Positions 63,867-64,000 of a DNA stretch of 64,000 nucleotides are shown in pieces. The DNA is from an uncultured Chloroflexia bacterium (GTDB taxonomy: Bacteria; Chloroflexota; Limnocylindria; Limnocylindrales; CSP1-4). The notes beneath the pieces are model-generated. The model saw only the letters and a program-made list of their open reading frames with translations, had not been told where the DNA came from and did no database searches. The position numbers and the translations under genes are program-made. The stretch's first letter is position 1, and each line of letters starts with the position of its first letter. The stretch is from positions 851,002 to 915,001 of the forward strand of contig CAVYIM010000003.1 of the NCBI GenBank assembly GCA_963768655.1, read 5' to 3'.

Positions 63867-64000
63867 AACGGCGGCAGAGAGAAGCTCCTCCGCTACGCGA
63901 CGATCCCGAGCGACCGGGACGGCTCGAGCGGCCGAGCGACTCTCAGGCGAGCGGAGGTCACAGCTGGCCAGCATGGGCCGGGCCTTCGCGCACGAGGGTG

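Overview
High-GC bacterial chromosomal DNA. The gene content and promoter style tentatively suggest a soil Chloroflexota/actinobacteria-like organism (inference). Most of the window is housekeeping or envelope genes: hydrolases, an Eis-like acetyltransferase, DEAD-box helicase and cold-shock protein, serpin, intein-containing class II ribonucleotide reductase NrdJ with NrdR boxes, GH3, a GAF-PAS-GGDEF-EAL protein, pepA, prepilin peptidase, M23 peptidase, glgC, MsiK-like ATPase, and an HtrA/MacAB-like/two-component cluster. Between about 19.2 and 28.8 kb lies an accessory region with an AbrB-RelE-like toxin-antitoxin pair, a complete IS630 and an MNT-HEPN pair. It also holds the strongest novelty candidate: a compact, compositionally distinct three-gene operon encoding a DGQHR (DndB/ParB-like) protein, a cryptic HEPN-like protein and a Dam-family adenine methyltransferase, with no dnd/ssp sulfur-modification genes and no recognisable restriction enzyme in the window. 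Several genes carry single-base frameshifts that look like sequencing errors. No rRNA, tRNA or CRISPR array was seen. All product calls come from motif recognition by eye, not database searches.
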